DNA of 64,000 nt from assembly GCF_006345805.1 (NCBI RefSeq), contig NC_043022.1, positions 1,922,001-1,986,000 of the forward strand, written 5' to 3'. The DNA comes from Octopus sinensis (lineage: Eukaryota). A program made the translations under genes and the position numbers. Shown here one piece after another: positions 12,436 through 25,861 of this stretch; the stretch's first letter is position 1; each line of letters begins with the position of its first letter. The notes beneath the pieces were generated by a model, which searched no databases, was not told the origin of the DNA, and saw only the letters and a list, made by a program, of their open reading frames with translations.

Positions 12436-12832
12436 GGTGCAGGAGTGGCTGTGTGGTAAGTAGCTTGTTTACCAACCACATGGTTCCGGGTTCAATCCCA
12501 CTGCGTAACACATTGGGCAAGTGTCTTCTACTATAGCCTCGGGCCAACCAAAGCCTTGTGAGTGGATTTGGTAGACGGAAACTGAAAGAAGCCCGTCGTA
12601 TATATGTATATATGTGCGTGTAGTGTGTTTGTGTGTCTGTGTTTTCCTCCTAGCTTGACAACCAATGCTGGTGTGTTTATGTCCCCGTTACTTAGCGGTT
12701 CGGCAAAAGAGACCAATAGAATAAGTACTGGGCTTACAAAAGAATAAGTCCCGGGGTCAATTTGCTCGATTAAAGGCGGTGCTCCAGCATGGCTGCAGTC
12801 AAATGACTGAAGCAAGAAAAAGAGTAAAAGAG
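12436..12832 (+). mobile_element. Family A SINE, full length
   Basis: Matches the family consensus; a further 5' half follows at 12918-13070. Confidence 0.9.
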
Positions 12833-12873
12833 TATACATACACACAAAAACACACACATACATGCATGCATTA

Positions 12874-12913
<40 letters not shown>

Positions 12914-14029
12914 CTATATGTGTGGTAAGAAGCTTGCTTCCCAACCGCATAGTTCTGGGCTCAGTCCGACTGCGTGGCACCTTGGGCAAGTGTTTTCTAC
13001 TTATAGCCTTGGGCCGACCAATGCCTTGGGAGTGGATTTGGTAGACAGAAACTGAATGAAGCTTGTCGTATATATCATCATCATCGTCATCATCATCATC
13101 ATTTAACGTCCACTTTCCATGCTAGCATGGGTGGATGATTTGGACTGAGGACTGGTGAACCAGATGGCTGTGCCAGGCTCCAGTTTGATCTGGCAGAGTT
13201 TATATATATATATATATTATATATATATATATGTGAAATAGAAGATGTAATAATCTTGTAGTAGATTAATCAAAAGTTTAACCGATACCTTTTAGCAACA
13301 ATCACCGCAGTAAACAGCACGGTTGAGGTACAACCATCTGGCGTTGCAATCGTGTGCGTTGGTGGCGGATAATTGAAATTAAAACATTATTGGTGAATTG
13401 AGAAATGGAGCTGAACGCAGATTGAACAGAATCGTTTTATTTCATTTACACGTGTTTCGATAGGCACAAATTACCAAAATCCGATTGAGTAAGGGGAACC
13501 ATATTGTGTCTTTCTTTCAGGGAAAAGAAAAAAAAGAAATCCGTTGGAAAAACAAAACAGAAAAGAGGCGAGCAAAAACAAATCGAACTGTGCTCCTAAG
13601 ATCATGGCGAAACGTTTATCAGTGTATGTTAGAACGGTGGCTGAAGAATTCAACGGGTCAGGCATGTCAATCATGGTTGGACGATTTGAGTGAGGACTGG
13701 CCAACCACATGGTTGCACCAGACTCCAATCTGATCTGGCAGAGTTTCTACAGCTGGATGCCCTTCCTAACGCCAACCACTCCGAGAGTGTAGTGGGTGCT
13801 TTTACGTGCCAGCAGCATATATATATATATATATACACACACATATACATACATAACTGTGTGGTAGAAGGTTTGTTTCCCAACCACATGATTCTAGGTT
13901 CAGTCCTACTGCGTGGTACCTTGGGCAAGTGTCTTCTACTATAGCCTCAGGCCGACCAAGGCCTTGTCAGTGAATTTGGTGCATGGAAACTGAAAGAAGC
14001 CTGTCTCACTTATATACAAACACACACAT

Positions 14030-14325
14030 AGGCGCATGGCCTAGTGGTTAGAATGTTGTGCTCATGATTGCAAGATCATAGTTTCAGTTCTTAGACCGGG
14101 CGGTGCATTGTGTTCTTGAGCAAAACCCTTCATCTCACGTTGCTCTGTGACCCCTTCAACACCTATGTATGGTACACCGCGTGCCTGTTCGGACAATGTT
14201 GATTTGATGGAGAGAGTGAGCTAATGGGCAGCACGGACATTTTTTCACTCTAAACAAATCATTTGAGTAGGTCGTTTGACAAAAACTGAGCAATCATATG
14301 CCATCTTTGACGGGAAAATTCATCA
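14030..14325 (+). mobile_element. Family G tRNA-derived SINE (older copy)
   Basis: ggcgcatggcctagtggttaga head followed by tgtgttcttgagcaaaac, shared with 18397, 20240 and 24604. Confidence 0.6.
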
Positions 14326-14334
14326 TATATACGG

Positions 14335-14375
<41 letters not shown>

Positions 14376-14414
14376 CATATAGCAAATAAGTAACAAGGAT
14401 GTCTAGGTATCAGT

Positions 14415-14481
14415 GCATTATGGCTGTTTTAAGTGGCTCCATTTAATTGATTAATTTGAAAATCCCACTTTCCTCAGATGC
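14415..14481 (-). ncRNA. Degenerate hammerhead ribozyme motif
   Basis: Minus strand: gcat-CTGAGGA-aagtgg(loop)ccactt-aAAAC-agcc-ata-atgc. Stems I and II pair, but G12 and stem III are mutated. Confidence 0.55.
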
Positions 14482-15192
14482 GTTAGACCATATAGGTTTT
14501 CAACATACAGGACACTCCATCATAATTTTTAGCAAATTTTTCATCAAAACTAGAGAATAAAAGAATTACATACTTATTGGTATTATTGTAGTAGAATGAA
14601 GTTAGGGAGAAAATACAATCCTTGTTACTTATTTGCTTTTTATTCACCTTACTTCGAGCTGTGCGGATAATACTGGACTGACTTGGTGCCTCAACTTAAT
14701 TTCATTTATTTCCACAGACTTTTTAGGGGGGCAACCAGACTGAACTGTCTCGAGTGTAACTGCCTGAAACAGTAAGGACTTCTGGTAACTTGACTGAGGA
14801 AAGAAGGTCACGAATGACCTGTCTTTTTCTGCCTGTCCTTCTAATTGTTGTTTCTCCTGTCCGCCGTTGTATAGTCTAGACATACCATAAAGGGCTAATA
14901 TTGGTAAAATGAGACATAATTATTGACATGGCCGAAACAGCTGTAAGATCTAATTTATACTTATATTTATATTTACTTGTATTTATATTCTTTTTTATAT
15001 ATATTCTAATTATTATACAACATTACTCTTTTATGTACACTTTTTTATGTACATTCCTTTATGTACACTGATTTGTTCTGCTTTTTATATTTAACCCTAC
15101 AGTCTCTTATGTGGTGGTTTAATAAAGTATGTGATTGAGTATTATCTGGTAATTGATATTTGATTTTGATGTATTTCTCCATTTTCTTATCT

Positions 15193-15229
<37 letters not shown>

Positions 15230-15412
15230 GTGTCGGTGGCATGTAAAAATCACCCACTACACTCTTGGAGTGGTTAGCGTTAGGAAGGGCATCCAGCTGT
15301 AGAGACTCTGCCAGATCAAGATTGGAGCCTGGTGCAGTTGTCTGGTTCGCCAGCCCTCAGTCAAAATCGTCCAACCCATGCTAGCATGGAAAGCGGACGT
15401 TAAACGATGATG
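15230..15412 (+). mobile_element. Family B 3' end
   Basis: Matches 1-201. Confidence 0.8.
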
Positions 15413-15869
15413 ACACACATACATATTTTGGTGTCTGGGGAGAGAGTCATTCTGTTCTAATACATATACATATACATATATATATATATAATATATATAT
15501 TATATATTTTTTTAACGTTTTTGTATTCTTTTTGGTGTCATGTATCTGTATTTTTGTTTATGTACTTCGTTCGTTTTCCGTCCTCGCGTTGTATCATTCG
15601 AAGCTTTCTTCCAGGGGATCTAATGCGCTTGGCTTAGATTTCCCTTGGCGGGCTGGCCATAATATCGGAGCAATCTCAAATTAATCAGCCGAAATGCTGA
15701 TGATCTGGTTCTGACTGATGACTGAGGGCTTCGAATGTCCCTCCTGTGGTGTTTCATGTTCTTGTCCATTCTGTAATTATTTTACTGTTTACCTATATAT
15801 ATATATAATATATATATACATACACACACACATATATATATATATAGATATATATACACACAACAACAC

Positions 15870-15910
<41 letters not shown>

Positions 15911-16442
15911 GTGTGTGTGTTTGTCTTTATGTTTGTCCTCCACCACTGCTTGACAAGTTGTGTTGGTGCCTATGTCCCCCATGATTTAGCGATTTGGCAA
16001 AAGAGACTGAACAATAAAAAGCATATTAAAAAAAAAAGCATTGGGGGACTGTTTATTTTGCTAAAGAGTGCGAAGGTGGTGCCCCAGCATGGCTCCAGTC
16101 TAATGACTGAAACAAGTCAAAGATAAAAGATATGATAATAATGTGTGTGTATGTACCACAGATGCCACACACATACGTTATATATATATATATATATATA
16201 ATATATATATATATTATATATATCTTGAGGTTTTTCACACTAACTACTTGATAAATTCTTATAAAGATTTTATCCTATTTTTTTAAATTTATATATACAT
16301 TATATATATAGGCACATATCTATTTATGTGATGTGTGTGTGCATATATTATATATATATATAACGTAGAAGTTCCAGGGTTTTGGTAAGTATTTACTAAT
16401 TTTTTTCCGTATTATTTGTACACATTGAAAAAATACACATAC

Positions 16443-16479
<37 letters not shown>

Positions 16480-17101
16480 CATACATACATCTGTATAAAC
16501 TGAAGTTTAATGATGCAGGTACAAATACTTGCATTAGTGTGTGTGTGTGTGTGTGTGTTTCCGTAAGTGTGATAAATCAGTCTCAAGATGACATGATAGA
16601 GTGTCTGATGTTGATGCTGACACATTTATTACACACACACACACACACACACATAGATACACACACACATACATAGACACACACACACATATAGATGCAT
16701 ACATACACACACACATGCACACAAGCACACAGAGAGTCATCCACCCCAAGTGATCTTCATTGTGAAACATTATTACATTATATAATGGTGAATATTTCCC
16801 AGCTGTTGCAATCCGTGGGTCTGACCAAAGAACTCTCAAAGTCTGATTGCCAGATGGCTCTCACCCACACCTCTCTCTCGCTCCTTCCCTGCCCCATACA
16901 CATTCTCTATCCACAGATTGTTCTCTCCTCATCTTTCTATGTCTCTTTCCTCACCTTTTATCTCTCTTAAACATGTTCTCATTAATAGCATTCTCTTTAC
17001 AAAAACAAAAGAAAAGAAAGAAAAAGGGAAATGTCTAATAAATGTGGAAAGAGCACACCTTTTAATTGTGGGCAGGAACTATATATGTATATATATATAT
17101 C

Positions 17102-17517
17102 TTTTACTCTTTTTTTCTTTTACTTGTTTCAGTCATTTGACTGCGGCCATGCTGGAGCACCGCCTTTAGTCGAGCAAATCGACCCTGAGACTTATTCTTT
17201 GTAAGCCCAGTACTTATTCTATCGGTCTCTTTTACCGAACCGCTAAGTGACGGGGACGTAAACACACCAGCATCGGTTGTCAAGCAATGCTAGGGGGACA
17301 AACACACACACAAACATATACACACACATACATATATATATATACATATATACGACAGGCTTCTTTCAGTTTCCGTCTACCAAATCCACTCACAAGGCTT
17401 TGGTCGGCCCGAGGCTATAGTAGAAGACACTTGCCCAAGATGCCATGCAGTGGGACTGAAACCAGAACCATTGGGTTGGTAAACAAGCTACTTACCACGC
17501 AGCTACTCCTGTGCCTC
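17102..17517 (-). mobile_element. Family A SINE, full length
   Basis: Reverse complement of the family A consensus. Confidence 0.9.
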
Positions 17518-17558
17518 TATGTATATATATACATACTCCTGTATGTATATATATATAT

Positions 17559-17606
<48 letters not shown>

Positions 17607-17789
17607 ACATACACATATACATACATTATACATATATATGTATATATATACATATGCATATATATTTATATACACATATATTCTTTTACTCGTTTCAGCT
17701 ATGCGGCTGCAGCCATGCTGGAGCACCACCATGGTCTTTCTGATTTCCTCAGTCTGGGACATTTCACATCACCGCTCCTGTATGTTCCT

Positions 17790-18050
17790 TTGTTCCAGCT
17801 GTTGGTACGTTTGCTGTATAAGGGAGTTTGATTCCGCTGCCCTTGTCTGCACCTCATGTTAAGCTGTTGGTTCCTCTGGTATTGCGGAAAGGAGGATGTC
17901 TAATTCCTTTTTGAAGACATATCTACTTCCACCTTATGCAGATTTCTTGATTTTTGCGGCAGGGCATTGAAAAGCTGTGGGCCTTTGAACCCTAGACTAT
18001 TGCAGTACCTGACCCTGAATTTAGATAGAGTGGATGGTACCTTTTTTGTT
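17790..18050 (-). pseudogene. CR1-group LINE ORF2 C-terminal fragment
   Basis: Reads NSLGFKGPQLFNALPQKSRNL..., then across frameshifts FKKELDILLSAIPEEP and [11 protein letters not shown], a typical CR1-like RT C-terminus. Confidence 0.7.
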
Positions 18051-18077
18051 CCATTTTTATATTTATATATACATATA

Positions 18078-18342
18078 TAATCGCGGTTTCGATTCCCAGA
18101 CCGAGCGTTGTGAGTGTTTATTGAGCAAAAAACACCTAAAAAGCTCCACGAGGCTCCGGCAGGGGTGGGTGATCCCTGCTGTACTCTTTCACACCACTCT
18201 TCTCCCACTCTTTATCTTCTGTTGGCCTGCCGCTTAGCCAGCGGGGTGGCGTCACTCGAAGGCTAAAACAATGCGAAGCGCATTGTGACCAGCGATGTGT
18301 AACAACATCTGATGGTCTGGTCGGTCACGTGATCACGTGATA
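18078..18342 (+). mobile_element. Family D SINE, tail a, 5'-truncated
   Basis: Matches 35027-35338 from the B box onward. Confidence 0.85.
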
Positions 18343-18396
18343 TACATATAGTGGCGTACATACACTTTTGCCCATCCATATACATATATATATAAA

Positions 18397-18730
18397 GACC
18401 ACCTCTGGTCATGAAGACTATGGGGATTGAACCTAGGAAGTTAACCTTCAAGACACAAGTCTTGGCAAGGTTGTTTATGGAAGACCAGCAGTCGCCCATG
18501 CATACCAGTGTCCCCTTTCTATGCCACTGATGTTATCCAAGGGAAAGGTAAAAGGACCAATACAGCTTGGCACCAGTGACGTCACAACTCATTTCTACAG
18601 CTGAGTGAACTGGAGCAACGTGAAATAAAGTGTCTTGCTCAAGAACACAACACAGCCTGGTCTGGGATTTGAACTCACAACCTCATGACTGTGAGCCCAA
18701 TGCTCTAACCACTGAGCCATGTGTCTTCAC
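18397..18730 (-). mobile_element. Family G SINE with a distinct tail
   Basis: Minus head gaagacacatggctcagtggttagagca...gagttcaaatccc, then gtgttcttgagcaagacactttatttcacgttgctccag. Confidence 0.75.
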
Positions 18731-18769
18731 ACACAGATTGTGGTGTAGATGTTTCAGAAGGACACATCC

Positions 18770-19004
18770 TCTATTTCTTTACTACCCACAAGGGGCTAAA
18801 CACAGAGGGGACGAACAAGGACAGACAAACGGATTAAGTCGATTATATCGACCCCAGTGCGTAACTGGTACTCAATTTATCGACCCCGGAAGGATGAAAG
18901 GTTAAGTCGACCTCGGCGGAATTTGAACTCAGAACGTAACGGCAGACGAAATACGACTACGCATTTCGCCCGGCGTGCTAACGTTTCTGCCAGCTCACCG
19001 CCTT
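18770..19004 (-). mobile_element. Family E SINE, full length
   Basis: Reverse complement of 11699-11932. Confidence 0.85.
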
Positions 19005-19439
19005 AGAGTTGGGGTGAATACGAGTGAAGTAGGACAGAGGATTGGACAGGATGAGTGGGCAGGGGCGATGGAGAAGAGGATGTTACATAAAAGCGTGAGG
19101 GGAGAGATGACTGTAGCAAGTGATGACGAGGGATATAGGAATGGCTCTGCTGTTGTTTGGCTCTGGGTGCATAAAAGGAAGAATCTGTCTGATCTTTCAA
19201 AGTATGGAAAGGAATCTTGAGGATGTTAAATGAGTAAGAGATATTGCAAGATCTCTGTGATTTCCTGTTTTCTTAACTTGTTGATTTAGAAGCATGGCTG
19301 CATCGTTAAGAAGCTCTTTTGGCAACCGTGTGGTTTCAGGTTCAGTCCCACTGTGTGGCACCTCAGGGTAAGTTTTTTTCTACTGTAATCCCCAGAACCA
19401 ACCAACGATTTGATAGAGGGAGACTGAAAGAAACCCACC

Positions 19440-19736
19440 ATGTGTATGTGTGTGTATGCATGTGTGTATGTATGTATGTATGTATGTATGTATGTATGTA
19501 TGTGTATGTATGTATGTATGTGTGTGTGTATGTATGTATGTGTGTGTGTGTATGTATGTGTGTGTGTGTGTATGTATGTGTGTGTGTATGTATGTGTGTG
19601 TGTATGTATGTATGTGTGTGTGTGTATGTATGTATGTGTGTGTATGTATGTGTGTGTGTATGTATGTATGTGTGTGTGTGTATGTATGTATGTATGTATG
19701 TATGTGTGTGTGTGTATGTATGTATGTATATACATA

Positions 19737-19767
<31 letters not shown>

Positions 19768-19848
19768 GTGTGTATGTATGTATGTATGTGTGTGTGTGTA
19801 TGTGTGTGTGTATGTATGTATGTATGTATGTATGTGTGTGTGTATGTA

Positions 19849-19879
<31 letters not shown>

Positions 19880-19950
19880 GTGTGTATGTATGTATGTGTG
19901 TGTGTGTACGTATGTATGTGTGTGTATGCATGTGTGTGTGTGTGTGTGTC
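19440..19950. repeat. Compound (TG)n/(TATG)n microsatellite, ~510 bp
   Basis: Directly follows a decayed family A head at 19293-19445. Confidence 0.95.
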
Positions 19951-19959
19951 TCCCACCTT

Positions 19960-20200
19960 GTCTTCTTCAATTAGATGCATTTCACCATCCATGCTGCAAC
20001 CAGAGTTTCTGATCTCCATTAACTTTGGGAAGTCCTCAGTTCCATGCGTTTCTCCGCCAATTCCATCAATGTGGTTTGGTGCTTTCCATCCTCTGTTAAG
20101 TCTCCAAATTAGAACATCTGTTGCAGCCTGTTGGTTCACATGATAACAGTGGTCAGCAAAACCTACCTCATGTTGAAAAACAATGGAAGAGACGAGCACC
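19960..20200 (-). pseudogene. Decayed RTE LINE C-terminal fragment
   Basis: FADHCYHVNQQAATDVLIW...DFPKLME parallels FAGHC...AISALLLW...DFRNAMMD at 61070-61400. Confidence 0.6.
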
Positions 20201-21094
20201 ATATGTCTATAAATCTCATCCTCGGTCTCATGTTAATGCATGGAGACATGTGGTTTAGTGGTTAGGGTGTTGGACTCATCATCACAAGATTGTGGTTTCA
20301 ATTCCTGGACTGGTCAACGCATTGTGTTCTTGAGCAAAACACCTCATTTCATGTTGCTCCAGTTCATTCAGCAAGCAAAAGTGAGTAATCCTGCAAGGGG
20401 CTGGCATCCCGTCCAGGTGGGGAATATATACATATGAGAAGAACCCAGCTAACTGGCCCTTATGAGTCAGTATGAATCAAGGAACTAACTTTACCTTTAC
20501 CATGTTAATGCCACAAGATCAGTGGCCTGGAAGCAAAATTTGCTTAGGAGGGGCAAAACCAGGTTCAAATGTTTTAATGGAAAAAGTGGATTTTTTTCAA
20601 TGTTACCACTAAAACAAATGCTGGTATAATAATAATTTTTATTATCATGAGGATTAGCTGAGGCTGAGCAAGACTCTCTCATGGAATGGGACCAAATGAA
20701 GTTCATCTTTTAACATAGTTCCTCTTACTGTCCACACACTTCCATCAGTAGCTGCCATGTTTGGATTGCACTGGTGAAGACACCCCCAGCACCCTCTGTT
20801 CCCAGACCCTTGCACAAGATGTTTTGAACCCTCATGAAAACATAAACTTGTTTGAAGAGGAGGTTTCGTATCATAAGACCAGATGGATTTGTATTGAAAA
20901 GGTTGAACATATTCGACAATGAGTTTCTATAAAAACTCAGTCTAAATGACAGGATGGTCATGGCTGGAACATATTTGATCATAGGTCTGTGCAGTTAGGG
21001 CTGGACTGGGACTAAACAACCTTTTTTTATATATATCTATGTATCTATCAGGCAATGATAGATACATGTTATCTCTCTCTCTCTCTCTATGTAT

Positions 21095-21270
21095 CTAGAA
21101 GCAATGACTAGTGACCGAGACCATTGGTGATATACTGTGCTTGAGAAGACCCGTCAAACCAACTAAAATCGTAGTCATGGTTGATATTGGTGCCATGTGA
21201 CTGGCACACATGCCAGTGGCACGTAAAGAGCACCGTTCGAGCACTGGGCCTCACGGAGACAAAGTGGCTG
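21095..21270 (+). pseudogene. RTE-like LINE ORF end running into a family B-like 3' UTR
   Basis: EAMTSDRDHW*YTVLEKTRQTN* followed by tggcacgtaaagagcacc, the family B repeat motif. Confidence 0.5.
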
Positions 21271-21845
21271 AGAGAAAATTCTATTCCTAGAAATGTGTTT
21301 GCCTCCCCTACCACCACTTCAACAAAGACAAAGGGATTAATCGATTACATCGACCTCAGTGCGTAACTGGTACTTAAATTCATCGACCCCGAAAGGATGA
21401 AAGGCAAAGTCGACCTCGGTGGAATTTGAACTCAGAATGTAACGGCAGACGAAATACTGATAAGCATTTCGCCACGTGTGCTAACTTTTCTGCCAGCTTG
21501 CTGCCTTGTGCTAACGTTTCTGCAAGCCTACCACCACTTCTTGACAACCAGTGTTGGTTTGCTTATGTCCCTGTAATCTAGCAGTTCAGCAAAAGAGACT
21601 GATACAATAACTGTCAGAATTGCAAAAAAAAAAAAAAATCGTAATGGGGTCAATTTGACTAAACCCTTTAAGTTGCTGCTTCAGCATGGCTGCAGTCCAA
21701 TGACTGAAACAAGTAAAAGTATATATAAAAAAGAAAAGTTCCTTTGAATTTTAATCCTACCACACTTGGGAGTGATAGCAGCCTTGTCCTGCCACGCCAA
21801 ATTTCTCTCGTAAATCCCTAAGTCCTGGTTGCAGCCACTTCATAT

Positions 21846-21925
<80 letters not shown>

Positions 21926-22236
21926 GCTAGACTTGCAGTAAAAGCCACTTCATTTCAGGTGTGGCCATGAAACAGCTGGAATTTGTATGACCCAGCCAAT
22001 GTGGCTGTAATCACATGTCTTCCTTTTTTGCTGTTAGAGAGGAAGGAAGCTGTACCCTGCCTTACCCCCCCCCCACACACACACACAAACACTGCTACTG
22101 AGAGTATATAAAGGTGACCAAAGTTGAAACAAAATGGAATGTCAACTGCAAACAAAATATTTCCACAGGAAATCAGTAAATTTTTCTGTATACATTCACC
22201 ATACCAAGCATATTACATATACATACAGACATGTTA

Positions 22237-22276
<40 letters not shown>

Positions 22277-22379
22277 CACATATATGTGCATATAAGAAAA
22301 TATTATCACAAGTTCATGTATACATATAATTACATGTGCACATACATACACACTACGTGTGTGTATATATATATGGATG

Positions 22380-22380
22380 A

Positions 22381-22450
<70 letters not shown>

Positions 22451-22480
22451 TAATAGGTAGGCAGATAGATAAATAGATAG
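22380..22480. repeat. (GATA)n tetranucleotide microsatellite
   Basis: About 17 perfect units followed by a degenerate extension. Confidence 0.95.
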
Positions 22481-22827
22481 ATATGGTGATACAAACAGGA
22501 AAAATAAACTCAAAGTATGAGTTTATGTATATTTTCATTAATATTCAGCAGAAGCATTAATATGCCGGGCGAAATGCTTAGCAGTATCTCATCTGTGTTT
22601 ACGTTCTGAGTTCAAATTCCGCCAAGGTCAACTTTGCCTTTCATCCTTTCAGGGTCGATAAATTAAATGCCAGTTGCATACTGGCAATGATCTAATCGAC
22701 TAGCCCCCTTCCACATAATTTCGGGCCTTGTGCCCAGAGTAGAAAAGAATATTTAGCAGATGCAACAGAGTGACTTGGGGGCCAAGAGGTTTGTGCATTG
22801 GTACTTATCAAAACTTATTCGATAATT

Positions 22828-23180
22828 ATCATCATCATCATCATTTTTCCATGCTGGCATGGGTTGGACAGTTCAACTGAGGTCTGGGAAGCCAGGAGGC
22901 TGCACCAGGGTCCAGTCTGATCTGGCAGTGTTTCTACAGTTGGATGCTCTTCCTAATGCCAACCACTCCGAGAGTGTAGTGGGTGCTTTTTACACGCCAA
23001 CAGCACAGGGGCCAGAGGAGGTTGGCAATGACCACAATTGGTTGGTGCTTTTTAGGTACCACCAGCACGGAAGCCAGTCACAGTGGTGCTGGCATCGGCC
23101 ACGTTCGGATGGTGCTTTTTACGTGCCACCGGCACAGGGATCACAACTACAATTTCCATTTGATTTTGATGTACATGTCA
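22828..23180 (-). mobile_element. Family B 3' end
   Basis: Matches 43122-43500. Confidence 0.8.
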
Positions 23181-23472
23181 CCCTAGTGTGTATGTTGTGT
23201 GTGGTGTGTGTGTGTGTGTGTGAGTGAGTGAGTGTGTGTGTGTGTGTCTGTGTACATTCTTATTCTGTCAGTCTCTTTTCTCAAACAAGTAAGTTATGGT
23301 GACATAAACAAGCCAATACCAGTTGCTTCTTTATAGGAGGTGATGTGGGGAGACAAACACACACACACACACGTACTATATACATGGTATACCTCCATAT
23401 GGCTTCCATCTACCAAATATGCTCAGGAAACAAAGGTCAGTCTGGAGCAGTAGTAGAAGCCAGTCACCCACA

Positions 23473-23770
23473 GTTGTTTGTTGTTTGTTCCTTCTCGAGC
23501 CATACCTGGCTCATAAGGGCCGCTTTCCCGGTTTCCTTGGCGTATAGGTTCCCCACCTGGATGGACGCCGGTCCGTCGCAGGTGAGCTGCAAGATGCAGG
23601 AGGAAAGAGTGAGAGAAAGTTGTGGCGAAGGAGTCAGCAGAAGTGTTGCCATTACCTTCAGCCGGAGCCACGTGGAGCTTAGGTGTTTCGCTCATAAACA
23701 CACACATCACCCGGTATGAGATTCAAACCCACGATCCCTCGACCGCGAGTTCGCTGCTCTAACCACAGTG
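23473..23770 (-). mobile_element. Family D SINE, tail variant c
   Basis: D-type body plus tail tcctgcatcttgcagctcacctgcgacggacc...gaaggaacaaacaac, shared with 48114-48420. Confidence 0.8.
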
Positions 23771-24392
23771 CCTCGTAGTAGGATTGAACCTGAAACCATG
23801 TTGTTAGTAAGCAAACTTCCTAACCCCCACTCCACCTGCATCTATATTCACTTTGGTGAATGTGTAACATGAGTCACACCCCTCCACACAGACACACACA
23901 CACACACACACAACACACACACAGAGTCATCACAAAGTTAAAAAAATAATCTACATCTAATTAGAAAAATCTATGGTTTTACAAAGTAAACAGAAATATT
24001 TAAAAGGATTAACTAATCCGCTTTAAGAAGCAATGTTAACGCAAAGCCTGTAACGAGTTTAAAACTTTAAAAGTGAATGCTGAATAAGCAGTGAAAGGTG
24101 GAATGGTAAAAATGTCATAAAAGCTCCTGGAATTCACAGGAAATCTCAAGATCAAACATCTCATTGACAAGATATTAGATGTCACCAACAGAGACACAAC
24201 TGTTTCGGTGAATATATTTTTGGAGTTCTGTGCTTTTTTTATGACTGATTCTTATGATAATGGTAAAAAGAAATGTAATAAAAAATTTGGAAATGGTTTG
24301 TTAAGAGGTTCTTTATATGGAAGTACAAAGAAAAACAAAAAAGAACCACGTTTCCACAGGTTCTATACATACATACAAACACACACACACAC

Positions 24393-24439
<47 letters not shown>

Positions 24440-24603
24440 CATGTACTTTTATTTGTTTCAGTCATTTGACTGTGGCCATGCTGGAGTACCGCCTTTAGTC
24501 AAGCAAATTGACCATAGGACTCATGCAGTGAGACTGAACCAGAAACCATGTAATTGAGAAGCAAGCTTATTGCCACAGAACCTCACTTGCATATATATAT
24601 ATA

Positions 24604-24918
24604 GGAGCACTCTGTCGGTTATGATGATGAGGGCCCCAGCTGATATGATCAACGGAACAGCTTGCTCATGAAATTAACGTGCAAGTGGCTGAGCACTCCA
24701 CAGACACGTGTACCCCTAACGTAGTTCTCAGCGTGACAGAGAGTGTGACAAGGCTGGCCCTTTGAAATACAGGTACAACTCATTTTTGCCAGCTGAGTGG
24801 ACTGGAGCAACGTAAAATAAAGTGTCTTGCTCAAGGACACAACACGTCGCCAGGAATTGAGCTCACGACCTTACAATTGTGAGTTGAATGCCCTAACTAC
24901 TAAGCCACATGCCTTCAC
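24604..24918 (-). mobile_element. Family G SINE carrying tail variant b
   Basis: G head joined to gagaactacgttaggggtacacgtgtctgtggagtgctcagccacttgcacgttaatttc, the tail of D copies 31262 and 44981. Confidence 0.8.
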
Positions 24919-25013
24919 AAAAAAAAAAGATGTACATTATGTTATTAGGTGTTAACTATATGGAACATTCCAGTAAACTGAGTATTGTTTTATGGATAAA
25001 TTTGCTATGAACC

Positions 25014-25214
25014 TTATAAGGGGTGGAATAGGTGTATATTTAGAGAGAAATACATATTAATATATTCTGGATAATAGCTAGGAGGTGGAGGGATATAATA
25101 TCCAGGCAGATACCAAATTTCTCTGAGTAAAAAACCAAGGCTGGTCCCTTCAGATGGTGCATTTTCTGATAATCTTCCTTTAGCTCCCATCTGATGATCC
25201 AGTTTATTTCTTGG
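25014..25214 (-). CDS. Candidate terminal coding exon, unknown protein (PPxY motif)
   Basis: Unique sequence. After a weak ...ctctaagtag acceptor, the frame reads PRNKLDHQMGAKGRLSENAPSEGTSLGFLLREIWYLPGYYIPPPPSYYPEYIN...*. Confidence 0.25.
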   Translation of the reverse strand, partial: PRNKLDHQMGAKGRLSENAPSEGTSLGFLLREIWYLPGYYIPPPPSYYPEYINMYFSLNIHLFHPL

Positions 25215-25294
25215 CTACTTAGAGTGTAAAGGACAATATTGATAATAAGGAGAATGAAGAATTTGAACACTCAAACATTACTATTACTATTTTA

Positions 25295-25677
25295 CTATTT
25301 TACTTGTTTCAGTCATTTGACTGTGGCCATGCTGGAGCACCACCTTTAGTCGAGCAAATCGACCCCGGGACTTATTCTTTGTAAGCCCAGTACTTATTCT
25401 ATCGGTCTCTTTTGCCGAACCGCTAAGTGACGGGGACGTAAACACACCAGCATCAGTTGTCAAGCAATGCTAGGGGGACAAACACAGACACTCACACACA
25501 GATATATATACATATATACGACAGGCTTCTTTCAGTTTCCGTCTACCAAATCCACTCACAAGGCATTGGTCGGCCTGAGGCTATAGCAGAAGACACCTGC
25601 CCAAGATGCCACGCAGTGGGACTGAACCCGGAACCATGTGGTTGGTTAGCAAGCTACTTACCACACAGCCACTCCTG
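25295..25677 (-). mobile_element. Family A SINE, full length
   Basis: Reverse complement of the consensus. Confidence 0.9.
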
Positions 25678-25823
25678 AGTTTATTTCCACTTAGTTTATT
25701 CATAATAATAGTCCGACATGAGCTTCGATCGCACCAACTGCATATTGTTGCACATTCATATGCAATGGTTTATGCATAAATCGTTATTATCTATATTATC
25801 CTTAATATCTATGTGTGTATATG

Positions 25824-25861
<38 letters not shown>

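Noticed and set aside
14718-14771. Plus-strand exon-like segment (ttccacAG...aca|GTaagg)
   Set aside because: It lies among pseudo-LTR-like relics with no partner exons on that strand; insufficient support.
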